From Truepera sp. (lineage in GTDB: Bacteria > Deinococcota > Deinococci > Deinococcales > Trueperaceae): a stretch of 64,000 bases of DNA. Every line of letters starts with the position of its first letter. Position 1 is the first letter of the stretch. The stretch lies in NCBI GenBank assembly GCA_965218435.1, contig CBDCKW010000009.1, forward strand, positions 2,752,001-2,816,000, read 5' to 3'. Shown here one piece after another: positions 20,273-32,756 of the stretch. Both the position numbers and the translations under genes were made by a program. The notes beneath the pieces are model-generated. The model saw nothing but the letters and a program-made list of their open reading frames with translations. It was not told where the DNA came from and did no database searches.

Positions 20273-23200
20273 ATGAAACGTTATGGCAGCTTTTTAGCAG
20301 CACTGTCGGTATTAACCCTTTTCGTAACCCCGCTGCAGACAGCCAACGCGCAGGACGTGGTTCCAGAAAACACGGCCCGGATTCACTATAATCGTCCTGA
20401 CGCGGTATACGAAGGTTGGACGTTGCACGTCTGGGAAGACACGACCGAAAGCGTCACCTGGGAAACAGGGTTAGCACCTAGCGGCAAAGACGATTTCGGT
20501 GTCTACTGGGACGTGGGTTTAACCGATAACGCAGAGCAGCTTAACTTTATCGTTCATCAAGGCGACGAAAAAGACCCCGGCCCGGATATGACGCTCGCTG
20601 TAGCGGAGTCGCCGGAAGCTTGGATTATCTCCGGCGACAAAACCGTTTACACCTCTTTACCTAACCCGAACCAGGCTAAAATCCCCGGCGACCTGAGCAC
20701 GGCCAGGGCGCACTGGTTGGACAAAACGACGCTCGTGTGGGACGCTGAACTGCCCGAAGGCGCGCAGGTCATCCTCTCGAACGCAACGCAAGCCGGAACG
20801 ACCCTGACTGAAACCGGATTGAAACTCGACGACACTTCAGACACCGCTGTCGCACTGCTCGGTATCAATCTCCAGGCTGCTCCGGAAGGGCTCAGCGCCG
20901 CGCTTAAAAAGAAGTTTCCTTATCTGGCCGATTACCCCGTTTATAAAACCGACCTCAGCGACGCCGACCTAGCTTTCTTCTTACGGGGACAGCTCACCGT
21001 TTCGGCGCTGGACCAAGACGGAAACCTGCTCGACGCAACGGGTGTCCAGATTCCAGGCGTGTTGGATGATCTCTACGCTGACACGGCTTATCAGGAACCG
21101 CTAGGCGTCGTTTGGCAGGGCGACACGCCTACGGTCCGCGTCTGGGCACCCACGGCGCAAAACGTCCGGCTGCACCTTTTTCCGGACGCTCAAAGTGAGG
21201 CTGAAAGTGTCCTCAAGCTAACCCGTAACGACAAGACAGGAATATGGAGCGTCACGGGCAAGCCTAACTGGAAGGGCAAGGATTACCTCTTTGAAGTTAC
21301 GGTCTACGCGCCTACGACGCAAAAGCTCGAGACCAACCTCGTCACCGACCCCTATTCACACGCACTGGCCCTTAACAGCACCCGCTCGCAGATCGTTGAT
21401 CTAGCCGACCCCACGTTGCAACCTGAAGGCTGGAGCACGCTGAGCAAACCGCCTTTAGCTGCTCCTGAAGACATCAGCGTGTATGAGCTGCACGTACGCG
21501 ACTTTAGCGTTTCAGATCAAACGGTTCCGAAAGCCTTGCGCGGTACTTACAGCGCATTCGGCGTGTCCGACTCAGACGGTATGAAGCATTTGCAAGCCCT
21601 CGCGGACGCCGGACTCACGCACCTTCACCTTTTACCGGTTTTCGATATCGCTACGATTAGCGAGGACAAGAGCACCTGGCAGACGCCTGCAGGCGACCTC
21701 GCCAGTTATCCGCCCAACAGCTCCAAACAGCAAGCCGCCGTAACTGCCGTGCAAGACCAAGACGCTTTTAACTGGGGCTACGACCCGCTGCACTACACCG
21801 TGCCCGAAGGCGCTTACGCTACCGACCCGGAAGGGTCGGCACGCACCTTAGAGTTTCGCCGGATGGTGCAGAATCTGAATCAGACCGGCTTGCGAGTAGT
21901 CATGGACGTTGTATACAACCACACGAACTCGAGCGGACAAGCCGAGTTGTCCGTCTTAGACCGTATCGTGCCTGGGTACTATCACCGTTTGGACTTGAGT
22001 AGCGCAGTCGAGACCTCGACGTGTTGTCAAAATACCGCCACGGAGCACGCCATGATGGAGAAGCTGATGGTAGACTCCCTCGTTACTTGGGCTAAAGATT
22101 ACAAGGTAGACGGTTTTAGATTCGACCTGATGGGGCATCATCTGGTTTCAAATATGATGGCGGTCAAAAAGGCACTCTCAAGTCTTACACTGGAAAAAGA
22201 CGGCGTAGACGGCCTCAGCATCTATCTTTACGGCGAAGGGTGGGACTTCGGCGAGGTAGCTGGAAACGCGAGGGGTGTGAACGCCACCCAGCAAAACCTG
22301 GCCGGACTCGGTATCGGGACCTTTAACGACAGGTTGCGCGACGCTGCCAGGGGCGGCACACCTTTTACGGGACCGCAAGACCAGGGCTTTATCACCGGAC
22401 TTTTTACCGATCCAAATGACGCGGCGCAGGGAACCCCAGAAGAGCAAAAAGCCAAGCTGCTACTCTCGAGCGACCAAATTCGTGTGGGGCTAGCGGGCAA
22501 CTTAGCCGATTACACCTTTCAAGACGCGGCAGGCGAAACGGTACGCGGGGCCGACATCCTCTACGGGGACGCGCCGGTGGGCTACACGGAAGACCCGCAG
22601 GAAAATATCGTCTACGTTTCGGCGCACGACAATGAAACGCTCTTTGACGCCATCGCCCTCAAAGCGCCGCTGACGGCCTCGTTAGACGAACGAGTACGGA
22701 GGCAAAACTTAGGTCTGTCGCTCGTTGCATTGTCGCAAGGCGTCCCATTTTTTCACGCGGGGAGCGACCTGTTGCGCTCCAAGTCTTTAGACCGCAACTC
22801 GTTCAACTCCGGTGACTGGTTTAATAAGCTCGACTTTTCGCAGAGAACGAACAACTGGGGTGTCGGGTTGCCGCCGGAGGGTGACAACCAAGACAACTGG
22901 CCGCTGATGAGCCGTCTTCTCGGCGCGCTTCCGGCACCGACCCAAACGGACATCCGCCGGAACGCAGACTATTTGCAAGAGCTGCTTAGAATTCGTAACA
23001 GCTCTCCCCTCTTTCGGTTACAGACCGCTGAAGACGTTCAGAAAGCCCTGAGCTTTTACAACACCGGCCCGGAGCAAACACCCGGCGTGATCGTCATGCA
23101 CCTTTCAAACGTTGCCGGGATTGACCCGGCTTTTGAAAGCGTTACCGTCGTCTTTAACGGAACACCAGACGTGCAGCAGCTTACGGTGCCGGAGTTGGCT

Positions 23201-23332
23201 GGCCGTATGACGCTTCATCCGTTGCAGCAGCAGGGCAGTGACCCGTTGGTGAGGTTCTCACGGGCGAGGGCAGACGGAACCTTTGTCGTACCGGGGCTTA
23301 CCACGGCAATTTTTGTTGAGCCTTCAAACTAA
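20273..23332 (+). CDS. Secreted pullulanase-type alpha-1,6-glucosidase (GH13) with N-terminal CBM41-like domain
   Basis: Signal peptide; IHYNRPD..Y.GW.LHVW; VWAPTA; YELHVRDFS; FNWGYDP; DVVYNH; GFRFDLMG; YGEGW; YVSAHDN. Confidence 0.92.
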   Translation: MKRYGSFLAALSVLTLFVTPLQTANAQDVVPENTARIHYNRPDAVYEGWTLHVWEDTTESVTWETGLAPSGKDDFGVYWDVGLTDNAEQLNFIVHQGDEKDPGPDMTLAVAESPEAWIISGDKTVYTSLPNPNQAKIPGDLSTARAHWLDKTTLVWDAELPEGAQVILSNATQAGTTLTETGLKLDDTSDTAVALLGINLQAAPEGLSAALKKKFPYLADYPVYKTDLSDADLAFFLRGQLTVSALDQDGNLLDATGVQIPGVLDDLYADTAYQEPLGVVWQGDTPTVRVWAPTAQNVRLHLFPDAQSEAESVLKLTRNDKTGIWSVTGKPNWKGKDYLFEVTVYAPTTQKLETNLVTDPYSHALALNSTRSQIVDLADPTLQPEGWSTLSKPPLAAPEDISVYELHVRDFSVSDQTVPKALRGTYSAFGVSDSDGMKHLQALADAGLTHLHLLPVFDIATISEDKSTWQTPAGDLASYPPNSSKQQAAVTAVQDQDAFNWGYDPLHYTVPEGAYATDPEGSARTLEFRRMVQNLNQTGLRVVMDVVYNHTNSSGQAELSVLDRIVPGYYHRLDLSSAVETSTCCQNTATEHAMMEKLMVDSLVTWAKDYKVDGFRFDLMGHHLVSNMMAVKKALSSLTLEKDGVDGLSIYLYGEGWDFGEVAGNARGVNATQQNLAGLGIGTFNDRLRDAARGGTPFTGPQDQGFITGLFTDPNDAAQGTPEEQKAKLLLSSDQIRVGLAGNLADYTFQDAAGETVRGADILYGDAPVGYTEDPQENIVYVSAHDNETLFDAIALKAPLTASLDERVRRQNLGLSLVALSQGVPFFHAGSDLLRSKSLDRNSFNSGDWFNKLDFSQRTNNWGVGLPPEGDNQDNWPLMSRLLGALPAPTQTDIRRNADYLQELLRIRNSSPLFRLQTAEDVQKALSFYNTGPEQTPGVIVMHLSNVAGIDPAFESVTVVFNGTPDVQQLTVPELAGRMTLHPLQQQGSDPLVRFSRARADGTFVVPGLTTAIFVEPSN

Positions 23333-23504
23333 GCTAAGTTGCGCTAGCCACGTTGCAGCGTCTCAAGACTATAAGACTCCGAGCCTAAACCGTTGCTGTG
23401 ACATGGCGTCTTATATACTCTTTCAGTAATGGTTTGTGCCCTAAGTAAAGTGATCTATACGGCTCAAGAGATTCCGCTATGTGAGTTTGGCGCGCTCACA
23501 CCGT

Positions 23505-24347
23505 TTAACCTCGTGCCTTTTCCAGCTCGACATAGAGATAGTTAGGGCGCAGGTAAGCAAGTTTGAAACCAACGCCAATCATATTGCGGTAAGACGGGTT
23601 AGGCAACTCAGGTGTATCCTCGCTCGTCTCAGCGACGAACCACCGGCACCCGAGCTTTCGTCCGTCTTCGATACGACGGGCGAGCAGCGCACTTTGTCCT
23701 CCTCGTCTGCGGTGTGACCTTAAGGTGCTACCACTCCCAAGCCAGCCGACCTCGCCCGATACGAACATGGCTGCGGTAGAGACAGGCTGATCTTCAGCAA
23801 AACCAAGATAGTGGTACCAACCCGGTTGGCCAATAGCTCCGTCAAACCACGGCCGCACGTCTGCAGACATCTCAAAGGCGCTAAGGGCAACGTCAGTAAA
23901 GTCGTTCTGGTCTTGGCCCGTTCTAACAGCCTCAACGCGCAGATCGGTCCGCACAGCGGTCGCAGGTTCGTTTCCTCGGTAAAGTTTTGCCCAGCTCTTT
24001 TCTAAATTAAAACCGCGCTGCTCGAGCCGTTCCCCGATTTGCGAAGGTTGCGCCAACGGACTTAGCTGCACCATATACGTTTTACACCCAGCCGTTTGAA
24101 GAGCGGCGATAGCGTCGTCTAGTACTGCTTCTTCAGCCACACCGCTAACCCCTAAACACATAATACGGTTGAAAAAAGCACTGTTTAGTCCCGGTATCAT
24201 TACGACCCAAGCCGAACCAACACGGACAACTCTTACCCCGAGCTTTTCGGCAAATTCTGCTGACGTACAAAGATAAGTGTTCACGAACGCCTCAGCTTCA
24301 CCGAACTCGGCAAGTTTGGCAAGCTCTTCGGGAACGAAGCTAGACAT
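23505..24347 (-). CDS. GNAT-fold acetyltransferase-like protein
   Basis: C-terminal TLRSHRRRGGQSALLARRI acetyl-CoA motif and NPSYRNMIGVGF. Start moved to ATG 24347 because the longer ORF overlaps the upstream gene. Confidence 0.75.
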   Translation of the reverse strand: MSSFVPEELAKLAEFGEAEAFVNTYLCTSAEFAEKLGVRVVRVGSAWVVMIPGLNSAFFNRIMCLGVSGVAEEAVLDDAIAALQTAGCKTYMVQLSPLAQPSQIGERLEQRGFNLEKSWAKLYRGNEPATAVRTDLRVEAVRTGQDQNDFTDVALSAFEMSADVRPWFDGAIGQPGWYHYLGFAEDQPVSTAAMFVSGEVGWLGSGSTLRSHRRRGGQSALLARRIEDGRKLGCRWFVAETSEDTPELPNPSYRNMIGVGFKLAYLRPNYLYVELEKARG

Positions 24348-24495
24348 GTTTCTTAAGCATGGGTTTCTCCGTTCGGTACGGGTGACGATACGCTCAAAAG
24401 GTAGGCGCAAGAGCACAGCTAATGACGCGAGTCTAGTTGAGCTGCCGGTGAGTCGGATGAAAGTAGTGGGCGATAACCGGAACAAGAGGCCGACG

Positions 24496-24999
24496 CTACA
24501 GCCGAGCCAGCCACGCCGCCGCGTCTCGAGGATGCTGAAAACAAAAGACGCGGGTGTCTTGATAAAGCGGTAACACCGCCGAGTATTCGCGCCGCTTTGC
24601 CTCGTACCCGTGTAGACCATGCCGGATACCTGAAAGCGCGATTTTTAGGGTCATCCGGTTTCCCGACCAAGTAGGCGTACCCGAAAGGAACCAGCCGAGG
24701 TTGCGCCGGATAAGCCGCAACCAGACGACGTAACGCGGGTAGTCAAGCCAGACGAGCGTGTCGGCTCGGTTCCAGACCAGCTCGCGTGCAGCGTCGAAGT
24801 TGCCGTCAAGGACCCATTGCGGTTTTGCTGTTACCAAGCCAATCTGTGCATGAACTTCGGTAAGCGGTATCCGCCGCCAGTTTTCACCCCAGTAGAACGG
24901 GTCGGTCGGGATATATGGCAAGCCCGAACGCGCCGCGATTTGTTTAGCGAGCGTAGATTTGCCCGAACCGGTAGAGCCGATGACAATAATCCTCTGCAT
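24496..24999 (-). CDS. P-loop kinase, adenylate kinase/FlaR (topology modulation) family
   Basis: IIVIGSTGSGKSTLA, WVLDGNF, ADTLVWLDYP. Confidence 0.85.
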   Translation of the reverse strand: MQRIIVIGSTGSGKSTLAKQIAARSGLPYIPTDPFYWGENWRRIPLTEVHAQIGLVTAKPQWVLDGNFDAARELVWNRADTLVWLDYPRYVVWLRLIRRNLGWFLSGTPTWSGNRMTLKIALSGIRHGLHGYEAKRREYSAVLPLYQDTRVFCFQHPRDAAAWLARL

Positions 25000-25066
25000 C
25001 CTGCATATGGTAGCAACTAAAAAACACGCTCAGATTCGCCTGAGCGCGTTCGTACGTTACTCAGGG

Positions 25067-27043
<1,977 letters not shown>

Positions 27044-27151
27044 CTATATTCACAGTGTATCACTCCGCAAGCACCCACGGAGACGCCAAGAGACACGCCC
27101 CAGACGCGAATACTCTTTATTTACGAGCTGGTTTTCAAAAGCTACCAGGCT

Positions 27152-28426
27152 CTACTTGCGCACCTGACCCTGCCCACCTATTAGGTATTTGTACGTCGTG
27201 ATTTCAGCTAAGCCCATCGGCCCACGCGCGTGCAGCTTCTGGGTGCTGATACCGATCTCCGCCCCGAAACCGAAGACAAAACCGTCGGTAAAGCGGGTTG
27301 ACGCATTCACATAAACGGCGGCGGCGTCCACCTCATCTTGAAAGCGTTGGGCGTTTTCTTTTGAGGCCGTCAAAATCGCCTCGCTGTGCTGTGTGCCGTA
27401 GCGGTTGATGTGCGCGATGGCCTCATCCAACGAGTCCACAACGCGGACGGCCAGCTCGAGGTCGAGGTATTCTGTCTCCCAATCTATCTCGGTCGCTGCA
27501 TCGGCCTGGGGAAAGATGGCCCGAGTGCGTTCACAGCCTCTAAGCTGTACCCCGGCTTCGGCGAGTGGGGTCAACATTTCAGGTAAGAACGTTTCGGCTA
27601 CAACTTCGTGAACGAGGAGCGTCTCGAGCGAATTGCACACACCGGGGCGCTGCACTTTGGCGTTGATGACGATCTCTTTAGCCTTTGCTAAGTCGGCTGA
27701 CGCATCTACGAAGATGTGGCAGTTCCCCGTCCCGGTTTCAATTACGGGGACTTTCGCCGTTTCAACGACGTGGTTGATTAACGACGCGCCGCCCCGTGGA
27801 ATGACCAGATCAACCTGTCCCCTAGCAGTAAGGAGTTCAGTCACGAACGCCCGGTCGGGCGAATCAATGAGCTGCACGGCGTCTTCAGAAAGTCCTGCGT
27901 ACTTCAATGACTCGCGCATCGCCGCGACCAAGACCCGGTTACTCCGCAACGCATTCGCCGAACCGCGCAAGACCGCCGCACTCCCGGCTTTGAGGGCCAG
28001 CACCGCCGCGTCTACCGTGACGTTCGGACGTGACTCGTAGATCATCCCGATAACGCCGAAGGGCACGCTGACCTTGCGAACCTCGAGCCCATCTGGAAGC
28101 GTCCACTGCGCTAAAGTCCGGTGTAAGGGGTCAGGCAGTTCCGCCACCTGCTTCACCGCGTTGGCAATGTCTTGCAGCCGCGGTTCGTTTAAGCTCAGCC
28201 GGTCTAACAGCGCGTCTGAAGTGCCTTTGGTACGCTCGGCGGCGACGTCTTCGGCGTTCGCGGCTAGGATGGCGGATCGGTGCTCGAGCACCCCCTCCGA
28301 AATCGCCAGAAGCGCCGCGTTTCGGTCAGCGCGGGTGAGCGTCCGGCTGGCAACGCGGGCGCGGCCCAAGAGGGCAGCTAAATCAAAGGTACGGTCTAAC
28401 GTTGCATGGTTGAACATGACGTGCAT
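27152..28426 (-). CDS. proA: Gamma-glutamyl phosphate reductase
   Basis: YESRPNVT, IPRGG, GVCNSLETLL, NASTRFTDG, GISTQKLHARGPMGL. Confidence 0.96.
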   Translation of the reverse strand: MHVMFNHATLDRTFDLAALLGRARVASRTLTRADRNAALLAISEGVLEHRSAILAANAEDVAAERTKGTSDALLDRLSLNEPRLQDIANAVKQVAELPDPLHRTLAQWTLPDGLEVRKVSVPFGVIGMIYESRPNVTVDAAVLALKAGSAAVLRGSANALRSNRVLVAAMRESLKYAGLSEDAVQLIDSPDRAFVTELLTARGQVDLVIPRGGASLINHVVETAKVPVIETGTGNCHIFVDASADLAKAKEIVINAKVQRPGVCNSLETLLVHEVVAETFLPEMLTPLAEAGVQLRGCERTRAIFPQADAATEIDWETEYLDLELAVRVVDSLDEAIAHINRYGTQHSEAILTASKENAQRFQDEVDAAAVYVNASTRFTDGFVFGFGAEIGISTQKLHARGPMGLAEITTYKYLIGGQGQVRK

Positions 28427-28443
28427 GGGTCAGTATAGCGTTC

Positions 28444-30009
28444 TCAGGTTGGCGGGTACGTCCAGCTTCCGGCCAGCATCGTTCCTGCGATAGAAAGTTC
28501 GTCTAACGATCTGTGCGGGTCGTGCGACAACAGCACCAGGTCCGCGTCAAAACCCGCCTTGAGCTGTCCCGAACGGTGCTCACGGCTGATGGCGTAGGCC
28601 GCACCTTTGGTGTACGCGGCTAACGCCTCGTCTACACTCAAAGCTTCATCGGGGTTGAGGCTCGAGCCGTCTACCGCTTTGCGAAAGCACGCCGCCTTTA
28701 GCCCCGCAATCACGTCGGGTGACGCGACCGGCGTATCGGAGCCGAACGCGAGGACGGTGCCAGTGTCCAAGAGTGACCGCGTGCGGTACGCGCCGTCTTG
28801 CCGGTCAGCCAAAAGCTCCCCGATGCGTTTGACATCGAAGGTGAGGTGAATGGGTTGCATGGATACGACCACCCCGAGTTGTGCGGCGCGGGCCACATCG
28901 TCCGGGTGAAGGTGTTGAGCGTGCTCGAGCCTAGGTCTCAACCCTTTGGCTTGCCACTGGTCTTGGGTTGCTTCCAACGCGTCCAGCACTGCCCGGTTTG
29001 CCGCGTCGCCAATCGCGTGCGTAACAAGCGTCAAACCGGCTTCTACCGCTTTTGGATACCGCTCACGTAAAACTTCCGGCCCGTGAACCGTGACGCCTAC
29101 GGTCTCGGTGCCGGTGTAGGGTGAGAGCATCCACGCCGTTAGACTCCCGAGCGCCCCATCTGCGAAGAACTTCGCCCCACCGATCATAAAACGGTCGCCA
29201 CCCTGCCCGGTCGCTAACCCGAGCGCAGCCGCCGCCTCGATATGTTCCTGGTCAACGCACGCCCAAACGCGCAGCGGAAAGTCGTCCTGACTGGCAGCTA
29301 AAGCCAGTTGCCGCCAGTTTCGTGCCGGTTCGTAGGCCATGTGATGAACGGTGGTAATCCCGAGACTGGCAAGATGCGCCCCTGCCTGCTGCAGCGCGTT
29401 TTGTAATTCCGCATCTGAAGGCTTCGGGATAGCATCGTCAAGCAGTTTGGTCGCAAGCTCTAAAAGCCGCCCGGTCGGTTGTCCACTATCGTCCCGTTCA
29501 ATCACACCGTTTTCAGGGTCGGGCGTGTCCAGGCCGATACCCATACGTTCTAGCGCCAACGAATTGACCCAAACGCTGTGCCCATCTTGCGAGCGGAGCG
29601 TGACCGGGTGCTGCGGCGCGGCGCGGTCGAGGTCGCGTTTGTCGAGACTTGACACGTTCCAACGGCTCATAGACATCCCCGAGCCTTGAATCCAAGTTCC
29701 CGGTTTTTGTTCTTTGGTACGCGCCGCAACAAGGTTGAGTGCTTCGTCTAAAGTCTGCGTCTCGAGCAGATTGAGCCTCGAGAGGTCAAAGCCGTGTTGG
29801 GTCAGATGAACGTGCGCGTCGTGAAAGCCCGGCAGCAAGCAGCGACCCCCCAAGTTCACCCGTTTTGCGTCCCCAGCAGCGAGGGCTTCCGCCGCCGCCA
29901 AACCGCCGACAAAAGCGATACGTTCACCCCGCACCAAAACAGCTTCAGCACGCGGCTTCGCCTCATCTTGCGTGAAAATCAGCCCACCGTAAAAGAGAAT
30001 ATCCTGCAC
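28444..30009 (-). CDS. Amidohydrolase (YtcJ / Amidohydro_3 family)
   Basis: PGFHDAHVH, KFFADGALGS, HAIGD, RLEHAQ, FGSDTP; start is GTG 30009 or 30033. Confidence 0.88.
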   Translation of the reverse strand: MQDILFYGGLIFTQDEAKPRAEAVLVRGERIAFVGGLAAAEALAAGDAKRVNLGGRCLLPGFHDAHVHLTQHGFDLSRLNLLETQTLDEALNLVAARTKEQKPGTWIQGSGMSMSRWNVSSLDKRDLDRAAPQHPVTLRSQDGHSVWVNSLALERMGIGLDTPDPENGVIERDDSGQPTGRLLELATKLLDDAIPKPSDAELQNALQQAGAHLASLGITTVHHMAYEPARNWRQLALAASQDDFPLRVWACVDQEHIEAAAALGLATGQGGDRFMIGGAKFFADGALGSLTAWMLSPYTGTETVGVTVHGPEVLRERYPKAVEAGLTLVTHAIGDAANRAVLDALEATQDQWQAKGLRPRLEHAQHLHPDDVARAAQLGVVVSMQPIHLTFDVKRIGELLADRQDGAYRTRSLLDTGTVLAFGSDTPVASPDVIAGLKAACFRKAVDGSSLNPDEALSVDEALAAYTKGAAYAISREHRSGQLKAGFDADLVLLSHDPHRSLDELSIAGTMLAGSWTYPPT

Positions 30010-30022
30010 GTTTATACCCGTT

Positions 30023-30802
30023 TTAGCGCCCACGAAACACCGGAGCCCGTTTTTCAGCGAACGCTCTCACCCCTTCGGCAAAGTCCTCCGTCTGACTGGC
30101 TTCTCCTTGTGAGCGGGCCTCGAGTCCTAACTGCGTTTCCAACGTGTTGCTCAAAGATACAGCAACCTGTGATTTGATCCGCGCATAGCTCTGCGTCGGA
30201 CCTTCGGCGAGTGCTTGCGCGAACGCTGCCGCTTTCTCAGAGAAGCCCTCAGCAGGTAAAATGAGTTCGCCCAAGCCGAGTTTAAGCGCCTCGTCAGCGT
30301 TTATTTTGCGCCCGGTATAGGCCAGCTCGAGCGCCCTCGCGGGTCCTACGAGGCGTGGCAGCGTGTAGCTCATCGAGGCGTCCATGACGAGTCCGATGCG
30401 GCTAAACCCGAGAGTCAAAACCGCCGTTTCAGAGAGCAACCTCATGTCACAGGCGAGCGCCAAGCTCATTCCGGCCCCGGCAGCGACGCCGTTTACCGCA
30501 GCAATCACAGGTTTTTGCAGGGACATGAGCGCCGTAGCGACCGGGTTGTAGTATGTTTCGACGATATTGGCGGTGTCTCTATCCAACGTGGTTGCGCTGA
30601 GGTCAGCGCCCGAACAAAAGCCGCGTCCCTCACCGGTCAGTAAAACCGCCCGGACACTGTCGTCGGCAGCTTCTTCTAACGCCATTCGCAGTTCCTCCAA
30701 CAACTCTAAGGTCAAAGCGTTGAGAACTTGAGGCCGGTTGAAAGCAACCGTTAAAAGTGCGCCGACTCGAGTCACCCTCAAAGTTTGATAAGTATCTGAC
30801 AT
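30023..30802 (-). CDS. Enoyl-CoA hydratase/isomerase family protein
   Basis: FCSGADL, AVNGVAAGAG, DFAEGVRAFAEKRAP. Confidence 0.92.
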   Translation of the reverse strand: MSDTYQTLRVTRVGALLTVAFNRPQVLNALTLELLEELRMALEEAADDSVRAVLLTGEGRGFCSGADLSATTLDRDTANIVETYYNPVATALMSLQKPVIAAVNGVAAGAGMSLALACDMRLLSETAVLTLGFSRIGLVMDASMSYTLPRLVGPARALELAYTGRKINADEALKLGLGELILPAEGFSEKAAAFAQALAEGPTQSYARIKSQVAVSLSNTLETQLGLEARSQGEASQTEDFAEGVRAFAEKRAPVFRGR

Positions 30803-30841
30803 AGTAGCTCCTTCTTGACGGGTAAATCTGATGAGATTGCG

Positions 30842-31168
30842 TCAGTGCGGCTTGGTCAGTGTGATGAGCTGCTCGAAGTCGTCGGGCGTCGCGTCGTCTA
30901 ACGCGGCCTTGTTGCGCCCGAGTTCACCGCAACGTGTACAGCGGTAGAGAATAACCCAGCCTTTTTTACCGCTGTGCTCTGCGCCGACGGGTTCTAAAAG
31001 CCCGTGACACTCATTCGCGCGGTCGCCGGGGAATACGTCTACATGGAGCGAATAGAGACAAAACGGACAGTGGTTGCGGTACGAGCCGTTTTGTAAGGGC
31101 GGCACAGTGCGCCCGCAGTGTGCGCAGGCAAAGCCGGTATTCGTTCCCTGAGCGGTAAACCGTCGCAT
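30842..31168 (-). CDS. RNHCP domain protein
   Basis: CAHCG..RNHCPFCLYSLHVD..PGDR..C, CTRCG. Confidence 0.88.
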   Translation of the reverse strand: MRRFTAQGTNTGFACAHCGRTVPPLQNGSYRNHCPFCLYSLHVDVFPGDRANECHGLLEPVGAEHSGKKGWVILYRCTRCGELGRNKAALDDATPDDFEQLITLTKPH

Positions 31169-31196
31169 AAGCTACTACTCTAAACCCTGACGATAC

Positions 31197-31847
31197 CTAT
31201 TGCGCGAGGGTGCCGCTGGTGACGCCGTACTCGAGCGCCGGTTCGTCTTGCCCGACAAATACGTTGACTGTATCCTTAATATCTGCCCCCATCGTATCGC
31301 CGACTTGCGCGGTCACCGAGTTGCGCCCAGCGATGGCGTCGCTAAAGGTCAGGGTCACAGCTGTGCCACAGGGGTACGCTTCTAACAGGTCGCGGCTGAC
31401 GGCGACGTAGTTCCAAGCGGTGAGCGGGACGCCGCACGCGCCTTCGCTGCCGGTCGCGTAGGCAAAGCCGACACGCGCAACCGGGACGCCTTGGGTGGGA
31501 ACCTCGGCAGGACGTGTCGCGGCTTCATCTGTAGAAGCGTTCTGGGCAGGAGAGTCCTCGAGCGGTGCGTTCCCCTCGTCAGTATTGTCGGTAACCGGCG
31601 GTAAGACAGCAACCTCTGCAGGAGTATTAGGGGTATTTTGTGCGGGCACAGCTTCCGCTTTACCTGCCGCCCTATCACCGGCTTTTGCTGGCTGCTCGCC
31701 TAACGCGTCTGCTTGCTGAGCACGCACCGCCGGGTCGCTGATGTCGCCTGCTACCGTCGGCGCGGGGCTTAGTGCCAGCCCCAAGATAACGAGGAGCAGT
31801 ACCCCGATACCGGCTAAAAGCGCCAGGTCAAGCCGTCGCTGAGTCAT
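31197..31847 (-). CDS. Membrane-anchored protein with C-terminal RlpA/3D-like double-psi beta-barrel domain
   Basis: N-terminal TM helix, disordered linker, GACG..VAVSRDL..YPCGT..VGDTM. Confidence 0.6.
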   Translation of the reverse strand: MTQRRLDLALLAGIGVLLLVILGLALSPAPTVAGDISDPAVRAQQADALGEQPAKAGDRAAGKAEAVPAQNTPNTPAEVAVLPPVTDNTDEGNAPLEDSPAQNASTDEAATRPAEVPTQGVPVARVGFAYATGSEGACGVPLTAWNYVAVSRDLLEAYPCGTAVTLTFSDAIAGRNSVTAQVGDTMGADIKDTVNVFVGQDEPALEYGVTSGTLAQ

Positions 31848-31911
31848 CCTTACAGTCTAGCCATTTGCCGTACCTATGTCGAGTTGGAGATGCTTTTACG
31901 GGCACAGACGC

Positions 31912-31940
31912 TTGTCAACACCCGGTATTCTTGTTAAACT
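31912..31940 (+). promoter_or_regulatory. Sigma70-type promoter of tRNA-Leu
   Basis: TTGTCA-N17-TAAACT with a TG extension. Confidence 0.75.
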
Positions 31941-31955
31941 GCACCTTCTGAGCAC

Positions 31956-32042
31956 GCCGAGATGGCGGAATCGGTAGACGCGCTAGCTTCAGGAGCTAGT
32001 CCTCGTAAGAGGGTGTGGGTTCAAGTCCCATTCTCGGCACCA
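31956..32042 (+). tRNA. tRNA-Leu (CAG)
   Basis: GCCGAGA/TCTCGGC acceptor stem, anticodon arm CTAGC-TTCAGGA-GCTAG, long variable arm, GTTCAAG T-loop, encoded CCA. Confidence 0.97.
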
Positions 32043-32047
32043 GCCAA

Positions 32048-32078
32048 GGCGGACGCTTTTGATCGGCGTCCGTTTTTT
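32048..32078 (+). terminator. Terminator after tRNA-Leu
   Basis: GGCGGACGC-loop-GCGTCCGTT followed by a T run. Confidence 0.8.
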
Positions 32079-32315
32079 GCGCTACCTTTTTAACCGAGCC
32101 GTAGCTGCTACTAGGGACTCGAGCACACAACTACTGATCGTGAAGACATGAACGTCCGTTCAGCTTTTGCTGCGAGCTTATGACTACTACAAACTTAGCA
32201 AGCTCTCTAAACTACGCGCAAACCTTCGGCGTAAATCTAACCTCACTACGACGTTAGGCGGGCCTACAGTCAGCGTTGGGGTGAGCTTTTCACAATACTC
32301 TGTAAGGAGGCAAGT

Positions 32316-32501
32316 GTGACTGACTATGACGAGACTGACAACCAAAAAACCGCGCGCGACTTAGCCGAGGGTAAAGACTTAGAAGATTTAGAGCGTGACC
32401 CGGAACAAGATGAGTTAGAGCAAGCCAGCACTGTTCCCGACCCCGAAGACGAGCTGTTAGAGAGCGACGACACGCACTACACCGACGAAAACGAGCTGTA
32501 A
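32316..32501 (+). CDS. Small hyper-acidic hypothetical protein (61 aa)
   Basis: AAGGAGG SD before GTG; 25 of 61 residues are D/E. Confidence 0.75.
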   Translation: MTDYDETDNQKTARDLAEGKDLEDLERDPEQDELEQASTVPDPEDELLESDDTHYTDENEL

Positions 32502-32519
32502 CGCCCGTTAGGAGACCCT

Positions 32520-32756
32520 ATGGATAATCCTCAGAACCCCGACCTCGAGGGCGGCCTTATTCCCGATGAGGAAGCTCAGCTTAACCCCGACCTTCTGACC
32601 GATGACACCCCTGACCATTTTGGCACGCCGATGGACGACGAAAATGTCGAAAACGAACTTCCTGAAGAGGGCGTTTACCCCGGCGACACCGAGTTTGAAG
32701 AAGACTTGGAAGAAGAAGAAATTCGCCGCTACGAGGACGACTCAACGGACGACTAG
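32520..32756 (+). CDS. Small hyper-acidic hypothetical protein (78 aa)
   Basis: AGGAG SD before ATG; 31 of 78 residues are D/E. Confidence 0.75.
   Translation: MDNPQNPDLEGGLIPDEEAQLNPDLLTDDTPDHFGTPMDDENVENELPEEGVYPGDTEFEEDLEEEEIRRYEDDSTDD

Noticed and set aside
24348..24620. N-terminal extension of the GNAT ORF
   Set aside because: It overlaps the upstream kinase gene on the same strand and has non-protein-like composition.
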